A stretch of 64,000 nt of DNA from the NCBI GenBank assembly GCA_965637545.1, contig OZ281496.1, positions 28,024,001-28,088,000 of the forward strand, read 5' to 3'. The position numbers and the translations under genes are program-made. Within the stretch, counting starts at the first letter, position 1. Each line of letters opens with the position of its first letter. Of this stretch, positions 62,167 to 64,000 are shown one piece after another. Source of the stretch: Phallusia mammillata (lineage: Eukaryota). The notes below the pieces were generated by a model, which was not told the DNA's origin, made no database searches, and was given only the letters and a program-made list of their open reading frames with translations.

Positions 62167-63759
62167 TCAATGATAAAGTCCGCTCGGTTGCGATATCGAA
62201 AATGGCTTTCGACGATGAGAACCAGATGGATCTTTGTGTGCAAACTTTCGGGCTATTCTATTACGGTTGCCCCTTTGTGTACGCCGCCAACCATAGTTTC
62301 TGTTAATTTCGGATTCGTCTGTTTTTGATTTATTCCAAGGCAGGTCCATTGGATGATAGTGGAATAACGATTCTTCTGTATAGCCTTTGTAGGGGTCGTC
62401 CACATACCTAAACACGATTTACACAGAAAAAAACAATTTTTTAATCTTGCATTTGCACTTTTTCAATTAAGTCACATGCTTAAGAGCAGTGGTTCTCAAA
62501 CTTTTTTATTGTCTGGGCCAAATGGCATTTTTTAAGTGTGTAGGGAGCCGCAAAAAACGAAACCTTGAGAAAATCACTAAAGAAGATGACTTTAAAAGTT
62601 AAAATAGCAATGTTTGGTGGTTTTCTGAGATCTGGTGCGAGCCGCAAAATAAGTAGTTGGGAGCCGTATGCGGCCCCGAAAACCGAGTTTGAGAACCAAT
62701 GCTTAAGAGGAATCAAACTCAATTTGAAACAGCAAAAAGATTCAATATTAACAATTTGCTAATATGTTATGCCTAGCAGCAACAGTTTATTCAGATTCAA
62801 CATTGTTCATTTTGAACGTAGCTGCTTACTGTACAACAATATTTTCATACACTGGTAATGTGTGAGAAAAAGGAGATGATTTTGTTACAAAACATGGTAA
62901 TAAGTATTTCGTTACAACAAATCTCTGTACCATTTTTGCCTTTTCCATTGGCGAGGCACCAATGAGTCCATCTTTCTTGATTGTTGACCATTGCAAATGA
63001 TGTTCTGTTTTTGTCGATAAACCTTGCTTGGCCCTTTGTGTTTGATAATTTTTAACCAGATTTTATGGTTCGAACTTTGCTGCAATAGTAAAATAAGTTT
63101 GATTTGTTTGAACCTGTTTATTATAATATAAATTTTTGCACACCTGTCTTCTTAGCCACAAGCCATTTCCAAGTCTTCTGAACCTATTTATAATGCTATC
63201 TGCTGCTCTTTTTCTGTTTGCCATATACTCCTCATAATTCATCAATGTCCTGATTGGGATTTGTGATACTTTGGGAAATGCATTTGGGCTTAACAAAACA
63301 AAATAAACATATATTTAATACAGAAATGATGGTTTGCCTCAAACGTAAAATATGCTCAAGCTTACTTATAACTTGTTGGCTACATGCTTTTACGTTAACT
63401 ATTGTCGCAATAAACAAGCAAAAGCAAGGTAATTGAGGGTTAGCATGGGTAAACACTTTTTTCACATACAGATTAAAAAAAAACAATTTCAAGTACCTTT
63501 TCAGCAGGGACAAAGGTGACTGGTGAACAGGGACCAGCCCTCCAGTGCTACTTGGAGCTCCAATATTATAATTTGTTGCTAGTGGTGTTGAAAATGAACT
63601 GAACGGTAAGGTTTGATTCTGTTGTGGCAAGACACGAAACTTTTGGAATGACTTTGGTAATTCCGATTTTCTTTGTGTGGTAAGGCAAGAAAGGCAACGG
63701 ACACAAGGTTGTAAGCTTCTAGTAACACGTCCTGGTAGGTTTTGAAGAACGGTTAACAT
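62167..63759 (-). CDS. MRPL35: Mitochondrial ribosomal protein bL35m, 4 exons, about 265 aa
   Basis: Exons 63759-63497, 63288-63144, 63079-62931, 62407-62167 join in phase. Basic presequence; IINRFRRLGNGLWLRR, IICN..QSRKMD, WKRQKWYVDDPY match remembered MRPL35 motifs. Confidence 0.88.
62487..62701. mobile_element. hAT MITE family B-related (in an MRPL35 intron)
   Basis: TIRs CAGTGGTTCTCAAAC / GTTTGAGAACCAATG; 8-bp TSD CTTAAGAG. Confidence 0.88.
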
Positions 63760-64000
63760 TTTACATAACCGCAAACGAAAACATTCACACGAAAACTAAA
63801 ATCTCAAAAAAACACAATACTTCACTGCCATTCGTCCAATGAGAGAACTGTAATTCACAGATTGTAAATAGAAACATCTCAAATGCAATGCAAGTTTTTA
63901 AAATCATACACTACATTTCGTTGCATTAAAGATAGTGATTTAAAGATTAGATTTAGTTTCTACTTGCAAAATTCTAAAAAGTTGTGTTAATTTGATTTTT

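Overview
AT-rich eukaryotic genomic DNA with many short GT-AG introns (often 55-70 nt) and many MITEs. It is most consistent with an invertebrate chordate such as an ascidian (inference, not proven). I rebuilt ten spliced or single-exon genes by hand, checking splice phases. Left to right: a KLHL40/41-like BTB-BACK-Kelch gene (-); a CHST1/CHST3-type Golgi 6-O-sulfotransferase (-); a tall gp130/IL6ST-like class I cytokine receptor (+); a three-KH PCBP (-); an FBXO30/40-like F-box gene (+); three tandem intact SFXN2-like sideroflexins (+); BNIP3/NIX (-); MRPL35 (-). Non-coding DNA carries at least six families of non-autonomous DNA transposons, several with verifiable 8-bp or 10-bp target-site duplications. 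Most notable: the asymmetrically diverged sideroflexin triplet, the receptor's WSXWS degenerated to WSSYT, a hammerhead-like motif split by a 138-bp templated insertion, a stop-containing cassette exon that would remove PCBP's C-terminal PY motif, and a perfect CLEAR box upstream of BNIP3. There is no CRISPR array, rRNA or credible tRNA. All family assignments come from remembered motifs, not database searches.
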